Below are positions 17,281 through 26,324 of a stretch of DNA of 64,000 nt, in pieces. Below the pieces are notes generated by a model that did not search any database, was not told the origin of the DNA, and saw only the letters and a list, made by a program, of their open reading frames with translations. This DNA comes from Acidobacteriota bacterium. Lineage in GTDB: Bacteria > Acidobacteriota > Vicinamibacteria > Vicinamibacterales > UBA2999. The stretch is taken from the NCBI GenBank assembly GCA_016213695.1, contig JACQZV010000025.1, positions 14,965-78,964 on the forward strand, read 5' to 3'. The position numbers and the translations under genes were made by a program. Numbering within the stretch: position 1 is the stretch's first letter; each line of letters starts with the position of its first letter.

Positions 17281-18159
17281 ATGCACGAGCCCGTCATGGT
17301 GGCAGAGGTGCTCGACCATCTCGCGCCGGCGCGCGGGGGGCTGTTTGTCGATTGCACGGTCGGATACGGCGGCCACACGAGGGCGATGCTGGATGCGGGC
17401 GCGTCGCGGGTGATCGGGCTCGACCGGGACGCCGAGGCGCTGGAACGGGCGCGCGCGGCCCTGGCATCCGACGCCGGGCGCGTCGAGCTGGTGCACAGCG
17501 ACTACCGCCGGTTCGAGCAGGTGCTCGACGCGCGGGGGATCGACGGCGTCGACGGACTGCTCGCCGATCTCGGCGTCTCGTCGATGCAGTTCGACGAGGA
17601 GGGGCGCGGCTTCAGCTTCCGGCGCGATGAGCCGCTGGACATGCGCATGGACCGGACGACCGGCCCGACGGCGGCCGAGGCGATCGGCGACGCCGACGAG
17701 CGCACGCTCGCGGACGTGATCCACGAGTTCGGCGAGGAGCGCTACGCGCGGCGGATCGCCCGGGGCATCGTCGAGGCCCGGTCGCGCGGCGGCATCCGCA
17801 CCACCGGCCAGCTGGCCGAGGTCGTGCGGCGGGCCATTCCGCGGAAGGGGTACTCGCGGATCGATCCGGCGACGCGGACGTTTCAGGCGGTCCGGATCTG
17901 GGTGAACCGCGAGCTCGAGGGGCTCGACGTGTTTCTGACGCAGGCCGCCCGGCGCCTGCGTCCGGGGGGGCGGATGGCGATTATCGCGTTTCACTCGCTC
18001 GAGGACCGCATCGTCAAGCACACGCTGCGGGCGCTGCAGGCCGGCGACAGCGGCCTGACCATCCGGACGAAGCGGCCGGTGGTGCCGAGCGAGGCGGAAC
18101 TCGGGCGGAACCCCCGCGCGCGCAGCGCCAAGCTGCGGGCGGCGGAACGGGCGATGTAA
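17281..18159 (+). CDS. rsmH: 16S rRNA (cytosine1402-N4)-methyltransferase RsmH
   Basis: 292-aa ORF with MHEPVMVAEVL, DCTVGYGGH, LADLGVSS and AIIAFHSLEDRIVK. Confidence 0.95.
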   Translation: MHEPVMVAEVLDHLAPARGGLFVDCTVGYGGHTRAMLDAGASRVIGLDRDAEALERARAALASDAGRVELVHSDYRRFEQVLDARGIDGVDGLLADLGVSSMQFDEEGRGFSFRRDEPLDMRMDRTTGPTAAEAIGDADERTLADVIHEFGEERYARRIARGIVEARSRGGIRTTGQLAEVVRRAIPRKGYSRIDPATRTFQAVRIWVNRELEGLDVFLTQAARRLRPGGRMAIIAFHSLEDRIVKHTLRALQAGDSGLTIRTKRPVVPSEAELGRNPRARSAKLRAAERAM

Positions 18160-18177
18160 TCGGCAGTGAGGCAGACC

Positions 18178-18570
18178 ATGACCGGGGACACCTTCGAATA
18201 CGCCATCAGGAAAGACATCCGCAACAACCCGATCGTGCGTGAAGTCGATCGCGAGCGGCATCGCGACATGTGGCGCACGGTCGCGGTCAGCGTCCTTCTC
18301 GTGTCGGTGCTGCTGTTCTGGGCGTGGCAGCACTTCGAGCTGCTCCGGCACGGGTACCGGCTGGAAGACATCCAGCGCGAGCGCGCGGCCCAGACGGAGA
18401 TCAACCGGCACCTCCGGCTGGAGATCGACACGCTGCGATCGCCCACCCGCATCGAGCGCCTCGCCACCGACCGGCTGCACATGGTGTCGCCGGGCGCTGA
18501 CGATGCGTCGGTGATCGAGCGCGTGGCGCCGTCGCCGGCACCTCCACGGTCGGCGGTCGCCCGCAGGTAG
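18178..18570 (+). CDS. ftsL: cell division protein FtsL-like
   Basis: Small bitopic protein (TM helix VAVSVLLVSVLLFWAW followed by a coiled coil) in the canonical position. ATG at 18178 is preceded by GAGG; GTG at 18166 is also possible. Confidence 0.7.
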   Translation: MTGDTFEYAIRKDIRNNPIVREVDRERHRDMWRTVAVSVLLVSVLLFWAWQHFELLRHGYRLEDIQRERAAQTEINRHLRLEIDTLRSPTRIERLATDRLHMVSPGADDASVIERVAPSPAPPRSAVARR

Positions 18571-18602
18571 CCCGGATGCCGCGTCACGAGACGGTGCGCT
18601 GA

Positions 18603-20639
18603 GTGGACCACACGCCCGCGATGCCCTGGCGCCACACGATCACGCGGCGTGCGGCGGTCTGCGCGGCGGCGCTGGTGGCGTGGTCCGCGGCCATCGAAGC
18701 GCGCCTCGTCTACCTGCAGGTCGTCCGCCACGCCGATCTGGCCGCGCGTGCCGAACGGCAGCAGCTCCGGACCGTTGAAACCGCGGCCAACCGCGGCGAC
18801 ATCCTGGACCGCAACGGCCGCGTCCTGGCCTACAGCGTGGACGCCGACTCGATCTACGTGGTGCCCACCGAAATCGGCAGCGCGGACGAGGCGGCCTCGG
18901 CGCTGTGTGCGGCGCTCGACCGCTGCGGGTCCCGCGAGCGGCAGGCGCTCGCCGACCGCATCCGCCGCGGCCGCGCGTTTGCCTACGTCCGCCGGCAGGC
19001 GTCGCCCGAGGAGGCCAGGCGCGTCGCCGCGCTGAAGCTCGACGGCGTCGGATTCATGAAGGAGAGCCGCCGCTTCTATCCCAACAAGGAACTGGCGTCT
19101 CACGTGCTCGGGTACGTCGGCCTCGACAACAAGGGCCTGCAGGGGATCGAGGCGGCGTACGACACGCTCATCAAGGGCCGCCCCGGCACCGTGCTGATCC
19201 AGACCGACGCGCGCCGCCAGGCGTTCAGCCGGATCGAACGGCCGCCCACGGCGGGCGCCGCCCTCGAGCTGACGATCGACGAGTACCTGCAGCACGCCGT
19301 CGAGCGCGAGCTGCGGGCCGGCGTCGAGGAGAACCGGGCCGCGAGCGGCAGCGCGATCGTGCTGGATCCGCGAACGGGGGAGATTCTCGCGCTCGCCAAC
19401 TGGCCGGCGTTCAACCCCAACGCCTACCGCGACGCGCCGGCGGATGCCCAGCGCAACCGCGTGATTCAGGACCTGTACGAGCCGGGGTCGACGTTCAAGA
19501 TCGTGACGGCCTCCGCCGCGCTCGAGGAGAAGGTGCTGGGCCCCGACACGCCGGTGGACACCAACCCCGGCCGCATCCGGTTCGGATCGCGCGTGATCGA
19601 CGAGGACCGCGGGCACAACTACGGCCTGCTGTCGTTCACCGACGTCATCGTCAAGTCGAGCAACGTGGGCGCCATCAAGGTGGGCCTGACGCTCGGTCCC
19701 GAGCGGCTCGGCGCCTACGTCAGCCGCTTCGGCTTCGGCCGCCGCGCGTCGCCGGATTTTCTCGGCGAAAGCAGCGGCATCGTATGGAACCCGGCGACGA
19801 TGAAGGACAGCGCGCTCGCGTCGGTGTCGATGGGCTACCAGGTGGCGGTGACGCCGCTGCAGATGGCCGTCGCCGTCAGCACCGTCGCCAACGGCGGCGA
19901 GCTCGTCGAGCCGCGTATCGTGCGCGCCGTCATCCAGGACGGCCGGCGGGTTCCCGTGCCGCGGAAGGTCGTGCGCCGCGCCGTCTCGCCGGGCACGGCG
20001 GCCACCCTGACCGCGATCATGGAACAGGTCGTCGAGCGCGGCACCGGCACGCGCGCGCGGGTCGATCGCTTCACGGTGGCGGGCAAGACCGGTACGGCGC
20101 AGAAGATCGTCGGCGGCCGCTACTCTGCGTCCGATTACAACGCCTCGTTTGTCGGCTTCGTGCCGTCGCGGCAGCCGGTCTTCACGATCGTCGTGCTCGT
20201 CGATTCGCCGCACGGGCCGAACGCGTACTACGGCGGCACGGTGGCGGCGCCGATCTTCCAGCGCATCGCCGCGGCCGGGCTCCGCCTGTACGGCGTCCCT
20301 CCGTCGATTAACCCGGCGCCGCCGGTGATGGTGGCGCGCCGGGACGACGGGTGGGAGCGGCCCGCGTCCGGGCCGGCCGGGCCGCCCGCGATCATCACGC
20401 TCGAGCGCGGCGCCGGCGGCTCGGCGTCGCTCTTTCCGGACCTTCGCGGCCTCGGCGCGCGCGACGCGCTGCGGATGCTCGCGCGTCTCGGCATGACCGC
20501 GCGCCTCGACGGCGCGGGGGTCGTCGTGGATCAGGACCCGCCGCCGGGCAGCCCGATCGAGCGGGGCGCGGTGACGTCGCTGCGGCTCGCCCGCGACGCC
20601 AGGGCCGACGCCGCGCGGCCGGATTCGGGCGGCCCATGA
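18603..20639 (+). CDS. ftsI: peptidoglycan D,D-transpeptidase FtsI (class B PBP) with a C-terminal PASTA-like domain
   Basis: Motifs STFK, SSN and KTGTA are present. The C-terminus FPDLRGLGARDALRMLARLGMTARLDGAGVVVDQDPPPGSPIERGAVTSLRL is PASTA-like. Confidence 0.9.
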   Translation: MDHTPAMPWRHTITRRAAVCAAALVAWSAAIEARLVYLQVVRHADLAARAERQQLRTVETAANRGDILDRNGRVLAYSVDADSIYVVPTEIGSADEAASALCAALDRCGSRERQALADRIRRGRAFAYVRRQASPEEARRVAALKLDGVGFMKESRRFYPNKELASHVLGYVGLDNKGLQGIEAAYDTLIKGRPGTVLIQTDARRQAFSRIERPPTAGAALELTIDEYLQHAVERELRAGVEENRAASGSAIVLDPRTGEILALANWPAFNPNAYRDAPADAQRNRVIQDLYEPGSTFKIVTASAALEEKVLGPDTPVDTNPGRIRFGSRVIDEDRGHNYGLLSFTDVIVKSSNVGAIKVGLTLGPERLGAYVSRFGFGRRASPDFLGESSGIVWNPATMKDSALASVSMGYQVAVTPLQMAVAVSTVANGGELVEPRIVRAVIQDGRRVPVPRKVVRRAVSPGTAATLTAIMEQVVERGTGTRARVDRFTVAGKTGTAQKIVGGRYSASDYNASFVGFVPSRQPVFTIVVLVDSPHGPNAYYGGTVAAPIFQRIAAAGLRLYGVPPSINPAPPVMVARRDDGWERPASGPAGPPAIITLERGAGGSASLFPDLRGLGARDALRMLARLGMTARLDGAGVVVDQDPPPGSPIERGAVTSLRLARDARADAARPDSGGP

Positions 20640-22156
20640 CGGCGCACGAGCTGCTGGCGCGGGCGCTCGGTCACGCGGCCCCCGACGACCGCGTGGATCT
20701 GTCGGCGTGGGGGCGCGCGCTCGACGGCGCCTGCCGCGGCGTCACGCACGACTCGCGGCAGGTCGGACCCGGATGGATCTTCGTCGCGCTGCGCGGCCTG
20801 AAAGCCGACGGCGCCGCGTTCGCCCCGCAGGCGGTCGCCGCCGGCGCCGTGGCGATCGTCGCCGACCGGCCGGCGGCCGCCGCGCCGCCGGGCGTGCCGT
20901 GGATCGTCGTCAGCGACGCGCGACTCGCGCTCGCGTGGCTCGCGGCGGAGTTCTTCGGGCATCCGAGCCGGCAGATGCGGGTGGTCGGCATCACCGGCAC
21001 CAACGGAAAGACGACGACGGCGTATCTCGTGAGCGCCATCTTCGAAGCGGCGGGCGTCGCCTGCGGGCTGCTGGGGACCGTCACGTACCGCATCGGCGAC
21101 CGCGAGACGGCCGCCTCGAGGACGACGCCCGAGGCGCCCGAGCTGCAGGGCATGATGCGCGACATGGTCGGCGCGGGCTGCGGCGCCTGTGCGATGGAGG
21201 TCTCCTCGCACGCGCTCGCGCTGCGGCGGGCCGACGGCGTGCGGTTCGCCGCGGGCGCGTTCACCAACCTCACGCGCGACCACCTCGACTTCCACGCCAA
21301 CATGGAGGACTACTTCGCCGCCAAGCGCCGGCTCTTCGAGCTGCTGCCGCCGGGCGCGCCGGCGGCGATCAACCTCGACGACCCGCGCGGTCCCGCGATG
21401 GCCGAGGCCTGCGCCGCCCCCGTCACTTACGCCATCAGCCGGGCGGCGGACGTGACGCCGGGTCCGCTGGCGGTGACGCTGGACGGGCTGGCGTTCGAGG
21501 TCCGCACGCCTCGCGGGGCGATCGCCGTCCGATCGACGCTCGTCGGCCGGCCCAACGTCTCCAACATCCTGGCGGCGGTCACCGTGGCCACCTCGCTCGA
21601 CGTGCCGCTGGAGGCGGTGGCGCGCGGGCTGGCGGGGCTGCGCGGCGTGCCGGGGCGATTCGAGCGCGTCTCCTCGGCAAAGGACGACATCGCGGTCATC
21701 GTCGACTACGCGCACACCGACGATGCGCTGCGCAACCTGCTCGAGACGGCGCGCCCGCTGGCGGCCCGGCGGCTGATCACCGTCTTTGGCGCGGGCGGCG
21801 ATCGCGACCGCGCCAAGCGGCCGCTGATGGGCATGGTCGCGGCCCGGCTGAGCGACGTCGTCGTGATCACGTCGGACAACCCGCGCAGCGAGGATCCGCG
21901 GCGGATCATCGACGAGGTCGGCCTGGGCGTGCAGCCCGAAGCCCGCCAGCGGAGCGTCGAAGTGCGGACCGTGGTCGATCGGCGCGAGGCGATCCTGCAC
22001 GCGGTGAGCGAGGCGTCGGCCGGCGATCTGGTGCTCATCGCCGGCAAAGGGCACGAGCAGTACCAGGAACTCGACGGCCGGACCGTGCCGTTCGACGACG
22101 TGACGGTGGCGCGGGAGGCGTTGGACGCCAGACGCCACAGGGTACGGGTTGGGTGA
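20636..22156 (+). CDS. murE: UDP-N-acetylmuramoyl-L-alanyl-D-glutamate--2,6-diaminopimelate ligase MurE
   Basis: Internal ATG at 20636 overlaps the ftsI stop (ATGA). Contains GITGTNGKTTT and a DNPR motif (SDNPRSEDP). Confidence 0.9.
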   Translation: MTAHELLARALGHAAPDDRVDLSAWGRALDGACRGVTHDSRQVGPGWIFVALRGLKADGAAFAPQAVAAGAVAIVADRPAAAAPPGVPWIVVSDARLALAWLAAEFFGHPSRQMRVVGITGTNGKTTTAYLVSAIFEAAGVACGLLGTVTYRIGDRETAASRTTPEAPELQGMMRDMVGAGCGACAMEVSSHALALRRADGVRFAAGAFTNLTRDHLDFHANMEDYFAAKRRLFELLPPGAPAAINLDDPRGPAMAEACAAPVTYAISRAADVTPGPLAVTLDGLAFEVRTPRGAIAVRSTLVGRPNVSNILAAVTVATSLDVPLEAVARGLAGLRGVPGRFERVSSAKDDIAVIVDYAHTDDALRNLLETARPLAARRLITVFGAGGDRDRAKRPLMGMVAARLSDVVVITSDNPRSEDPRRIIDEVGLGVQPEARQRSVEVRTVVDRREAILHAVSEASAGDLVLIAGKGHEQYQELDGRTVPFDDVTVAREALDARRHRVRVG

Positions 22157-23552
22157 CGCGCTGCGCCTCACGCTCCGCTGGGTGGCCGACGCCGTGGGCG
22201 GGCGCATCCGATCGGGCGATCCCGACGGCGACATCGGCACGGTGGTCATCGACACGCGGATCGTCCAGCCCGGCGACTTCTTCGTGGCGCTGCGCGGCGC
22301 GCGCCTCGATGGGCACGAGTTCGTCGGCGACGCCTTCGATCGCGGCGCGGCCGGCGCCATGGTCGAGCGGCGGTTCGCGGCCCCGGCCGGCGCGCGGGCG
22401 GCCGTCATCGAGACCGACGACACGACGCGCGGACTGCAGGACCTCGCGCACGCGGTGCGCACGGCGAGCGGCACCCGCGTGGTCGCCATTACGGGCAGCG
22501 CGGGCAAGACCACCACGAAGGACGCCGTCGCGGCATTTCTCTCCGGGCGGTTCCGCGTGGTGAAGAACAGGGGGAACTTGAACAACCACATCGGCCTGCC
22601 GCTGTCACTGCTGCAGCTTCGCGAGCGGCCGGACGTGGCGGTGATGGAACTGGGCATGAACCATCCGGGCGAGATCGGCGCGCTGGTCGCGATCGCGGAG
22701 CCGGAGGTGCGCGTGTGGACCAACGTCGGCGACGCGCACATCGGTTTCTTCGGATCGGCGGACGCGATCGCCGACGCCAAGGCGGAGATCCTCGAGCGCG
22801 CGGCGGCCGATCACGTGCTCGTCTGCAACGCCGACGATGCCCGCGTGATGGCGCGCGTCGGCGCCTTCCCCGGACGCGTCGTCACCTTCGGGACGTCGGC
22901 GGTCGCGGACGTGCGCGCGCGCGACGTGGAGGACCTCGGCGTCGACGGCATGCGCGCCAGGGTCGCGACCCCCGCCGGCGATCGGGATCTGACGACGCCG
23001 CTCCTCGGGCGCGGCAATCTCGACAACGTCCTGGCGGCGGCCGCCGTGGCGCTCGAACTGGGGGTGTCGCTCGACGCGATTGCGGACGCGGCCTCCCGCC
23101 TCACGCCGGCCGAGCGGCGCGGCGTCGTCCGGCGGCTGCGCGGCGGCATCATTCTTCTGGACGACTCCTACAACTCGAGTCCCGAGGCGCTTCGCCGCGC
23201 GCTCGAGGTCGTCGCGCACGACGCGCGCGCCCCGCGGAAAGTGGCGGTGCTCGGCGAGATGCTCGAGCTCGGCGACCGGGCGGACGCCCTGCACGAGGCA
23301 TCGGGCCGCCGGGCCGCCGCCGCCGGGCTCCGGCTGCTCGTGGCGATCGGCGGGGCGCCGGCGCGGCGTCTGGCGGAGGCGGCGGTCGCGGCGGGCATGC
23401 CGGCGGCCGCGGTGGCCCACTTCGACCGGAGCGAGCAGGCGGCGGGCGAGGTTGCGCGCGCGATCCAGGCCGGCGACCTGGTGCTCGTCAAGGGGTCGCG
23501 CGGGACGCGCACCGACATCGTGGCCGACCGCATCGCGGCGGAGTTCAGCTGA
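22149..23552 (+). CDS. murF: UDP-N-acetylmuramoyl-tripeptide--D-alanyl-D-alanine ligase MurF
   Basis: 467-aa ORF with [12 protein letters not shown], in the canonical position. TTG start overlapping the murE end. Confidence 0.9.
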   Translation: MGDALRLTLRWVADAVGGRIRSGDPDGDIGTVVIDTRIVQPGDFFVALRGARLDGHEFVGDAFDRGAAGAMVERRFAAPAGARAAVIETDDTTRGLQDLAHAVRTASGTRVVAITGSAGKTTTKDAVAAFLSGRFRVVKNRGNLNNHIGLPLSLLQLRERPDVAVMELGMNHPGEIGALVAIAEPEVRVWTNVGDAHIGFFGSADAIADAKAEILERAAADHVLVCNADDARVMARVGAFPGRVVTFGTSAVADVRARDVEDLGVDGMRARVATPAGDRDLTTPLLGRGNLDNVLAAAAVALELGVSLDAIADAASRLTPAERRGVVRRLRGGIILLDDSYNSSPEALRRALEVVAHDARAPRKVAVLGEMLELGDRADALHEASGRRAAAAGLRLLVAIGGAPARRLAEAAVAAGMPAAAVAHFDRSEQAAGEVARAIQAGDLVLVKGSRGTRTDIVADRIAAEFS

Positions 23553-24637
23553 TGCTGTACGCGATCCTCCCGCCGCTCGAGCCCTACTTCGGTCCGCTCA
23601 ACGTGGTGCGGTACATCACGTTCCGCACGGCCGCCGCCAGCCTGACGGCGCTCTTCATCAGCCTCCTGCTCGGTCCGTGGATGATCCGCAGGCTGCGCGA
23701 GTTCCAGATCGGCCAGGTCATTCGCCAGGAGGGGCCGCAGTCGCACCACGCCAAGGCCGGCACGCCGACGATGGGCGGGCTGCTGATCCTGACGGCGGCG
23801 ATCGTGCCGACGCTGCTCTGGGCCGATCTGGCCAATCCGTACATCTGGATTGCGGTGCTGGCGACGTGCGCCTTCGGCGGCGTCGGCTTCGCGGACGACT
23901 ACCTGAAGGTCGTTCACCGGTCGCACCACGGCCTGCGTCCGCGCTACAAGATGGCGCTGCAGGTGCTCGTCGCGCTCGCCGTCGGCGTGGCGCTGCTGGC
24001 GCTCGCGGCGAACAACCTGTACAACACGCGGCTCATTTTTCCGTTCTTCAAGAACCTGATTCCCGACCTGGGCTGGTTCTACGTCGCCTTTGCCGTGCTC
24101 GTGCTGGTCGGCGCGAGCAACGCGGTCAACCTGACCGACGGCCTGGACGGTCTCGCGATCAGCACGTTCGGCGTCGCGGCGGCCGCGTTCACCGCGCTCG
24201 CCTACGTCACGGGGCACGCGGTGCTCGCCGACTACCTGCTGCTCGTGCGGTTTCCGCCGGCCGGGGAGCTGACGATCTTCTGCGGCGCGCTCGTCGGCGC
24301 GAGCCTGGGGTTCCTCTGGTACAACTCGTATCCCGCGGAAATCTTCATGGGCGACGTCGGCTCGCTCGCGCTCGGGGGCGCGCTCGGGACCGTCGCCATC
24401 CTGATCAAGCAGGAACTGCTGCTGCCGATGGTCGGCGGCGTGTTCGTCATCGAGGCGCTCTCGGTGATCGTCCAGGTCGCCTCGTTCAAGCTGACAGGAC
24501 GGCGCGTCTTCAAGATGGCGCCCATCCACCATCACTTCGAGCTGATTGGATGGAGCGAGCCGAAGGTGATCACCAGGTTCCTCATCGTGGCGGTCATTTT
24601 TGCGCTCTTCAGCCTGACGACGCTGAAGATCCGGTGA
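23552..24637 (+). CDS. mraY: phospho-N-acetylmuramoyl-pentapeptide transferase MraY
   Basis: ATG at 23552 overlaps the murF stop. Contains [25 protein letters not shown] and MAPIHHHFE. Confidence 0.95.
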   Translation: MLYAILPPLEPYFGPLNVVRYITFRTAAASLTALFISLLLGPWMIRRLREFQIGQVIRQEGPQSHHAKAGTPTMGGLLILTAAIVPTLLWADLANPYIWIAVLATCAFGGVGFADDYLKVVHRSHHGLRPRYKMALQVLVALAVGVALLALAANNLYNTRLIFPFFKNLIPDLGWFYVAFAVLVLVGASNAVNLTDGLDGLAISTFGVAAAAFTALAYVTGHAVLADYLLLVRFPPAGELTIFCGALVGASLGFLWYNSYPAEIFMGDVGSLALGGALGTVAILIKQELLLPMVGGVFVIEALSVIVQVASFKLTGRRVFKMAPIHHHFELIGWSEPKVITRFLIVAVIFALFSLTTLKIR

Positions 24638-24641
24638 TGGC

Positions 24642-26039
24642 GTGGGTGACAGGGAGTGGCCGGTCGGCGGTCGGCGCGCGCTCGTGGTGGGCGCGGCGCG
24701 CAGCGGTGTGGCCGCGGCGCATCTGCTGGCGCGGCGGGGGGCCGTCGTGACGCTCACCGATCTGCGGCCCTCCATCGACGGAGCCGACGCGCTGCGGGCG
24801 GCGGGCGTGTCGCTGGCGCTCGGCGGACACGCGGCCGAGACGTTTGCCGCGGCCGATCTGATCGTCGTCAGCCCGGGCGTGCCGCTCGAGCAGCCGCTCC
24901 TCGTGGCGGCGCGGCGGCGCGGCGCGGAGATCATCGGCGAGCTGGAGCTGGCGTGGCGTTTCATCCGGGGGCGGGTGATCGCCGTGACCGGCACGAAAGG
25001 GAAGTCGACGACGACAACGCTCGTCGGACGGATGCTGGCCGCGGCGAATCGCCGGGTGGTGGTCGGCGGCAACATCGGCGTGCCGCTGAGCGCGCAGGTG
25101 GACGAGTCGGCCGGCGACACGCTGCACGTGGTCGAGACCAGCAGCTTTCAGCTCGAGACCACGACGACGTTTCGGCCGTGGATCGCCGTCTGGCTCAACG
25201 TGGCGGACGACCACCTCGATCGCCACGCCACCGTCGCGTCGTACGCGGCCGCGAAGGCGCGCATCTTCGCGAATCAGACGGAGGACGACTGGGCGGTCGT
25301 CAACGCCGACGATCCGGTGGTGACGGCGTTCAGCGCCGGCCTCGCGGCGCGGCGCGTCCGCTTCGCCCTGTCGGGGCGGATTGACGACGGCTTCGTTGTC
25401 GATGGCGGGTGGATCGTCCGGCGGACGACCACCTCGTCCGAGCGGCTGTTTCCCACCGAGGCGGTGGAGCTGACCGGCCGTCACATGCTCAACAACGTGC
25501 TGGCCGCGGCGGCCGCCGCGTCGCTGGCCGGCTGTCCGGCGTCGGCGATGCGGGCGGCGCTCGGCGGCTTTCGCGGTCTCGCGCACGTCATGGAGCCGGC
25601 GGGCGAGATTGGCGGCGTGCGGTTCGTCAACGATTCCAAGGCGACCAACGTCGAGGCGGCGCGGCGATCGATCGAGAGCTTTCCGTCAGGCGTGGTGGCG
25701 ATTATCGGCGGGCGCTTCAAGGGCGGCGACCTGCGGGAGCTGCGCGAGCCGCTGGCGTCGAACGGGATCGCCGTGGTGGCCATCGGCGAGGCGGCCCCGC
25801 AGGTGCACGACGCGCTGCGCGGCATCGTGCCGGTGATGGACGCCGCCTCGATGCGGGAGGCGGTCGAACGCGCCTTCCTGCGTGCGAGGGCACTGCCGGA
25901 CGCCGTCGTGCTGCTCGCGCCGGCGTGCGCCAGCTTCGACTGGTTCCGGGATTACGCGGAGAGAGGAGACGCGTTCAAGGCGGAGGTGGCGAGACTCAAA
26001 AGCGCCACGGTACACCGAGGCACCGAGGCACCGAGCTAG
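24642..26039 (+). CDS. murD: UDP-N-acetylmuramoylalanine--D-glutamate ligase MurD
   Basis: 465-aa ORF with a GTG start. Contains VTGTKGKSTTT and NDSKATN. The last ~11 codons (HRGTEAPS*) lie in an octamer repeat. Confidence 0.9.
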   Translation: MGDREWPVGGRRALVVGAARSGVAAAHLLARRGAVVTLTDLRPSIDGADALRAAGVSLALGGHAAETFAAADLIVVSPGVPLEQPLLVAARRRGAEIIGELELAWRFIRGRVIAVTGTKGKSTTTTLVGRMLAAANRRVVVGGNIGVPLSAQVDESAGDTLHVVETSSFQLETTTTFRPWIAVWLNVADDHLDRHATVASYAAAKARIFANQTEDDWAVVNADDPVVTAFSAGLAARRVRFALSGRIDDGFVVDGGWIVRRTTTSSERLFPTEAVELTGRHMLNNVLAAAAAASLAGCPASAMRAALGGFRGLAHVMEPAGEIGGVRFVNDSKATNVEAARRSIESFPSGVVAIIGGRFKGGDLRELREPLASNGIAVVAIGEAAPQVHDALRGIVPVMDAASMREAVERAFLRARALPDAVVLLAPACASFDWFRDYAERGDAFKAEVARLKSATVHRGTEAPS

Positions 26040-26324
26040 AGCATGAAAAGAAAGTCGCTCACGGCGTGAGCGGTGAGCTGTCGTCAGTCGGTTCGGCGCG
26101 GAAAGGAGCCGACCGCTGGGAACGCAGGCTACCCCGGTCTGCGAGGTGGGTGTTCTTCCCACGGACCGGCTGACGACGGCTGACCGCTTTCACGCCTCCG
26201 CCCGTCGCGGCTGCGGCGGTGCAGGCGGGATCGGGATCGTAATCGATCCCCGGGCGCACCCAGTGTTTCGGGCGCTCGAGGGTTTTCTGTAGGGCCGGCC
26301 CGGCAGCCGGCCCCTGGGAGTGAC
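26040..26324 (+). other. 285-nt highly structured non-coding spacer inside the dcw cluster (REP-like / possible cis-RNA element)
   Basis: There is a 23-nt long-range helix between 26070..26092 and 26165..26187 (20 WC pairs, 2 G-U pairs, 1 mismatch). Local hairpins lie at 26057..26071, 26232..26249 and 26292..26313. No credible ORF. Confidence 0.5.

Noticed and set aside
26059-26259. A 66-aa minus-strand ORF inside the murD-ftsW spacer, considered as a possible small protein.
   Set aside because: It is antisense to the operon and has no SD. Its sequence is dictated by the hairpin arms. The G-U asymmetry of the long helix favours a sense-strand RNA structure rather than coding.
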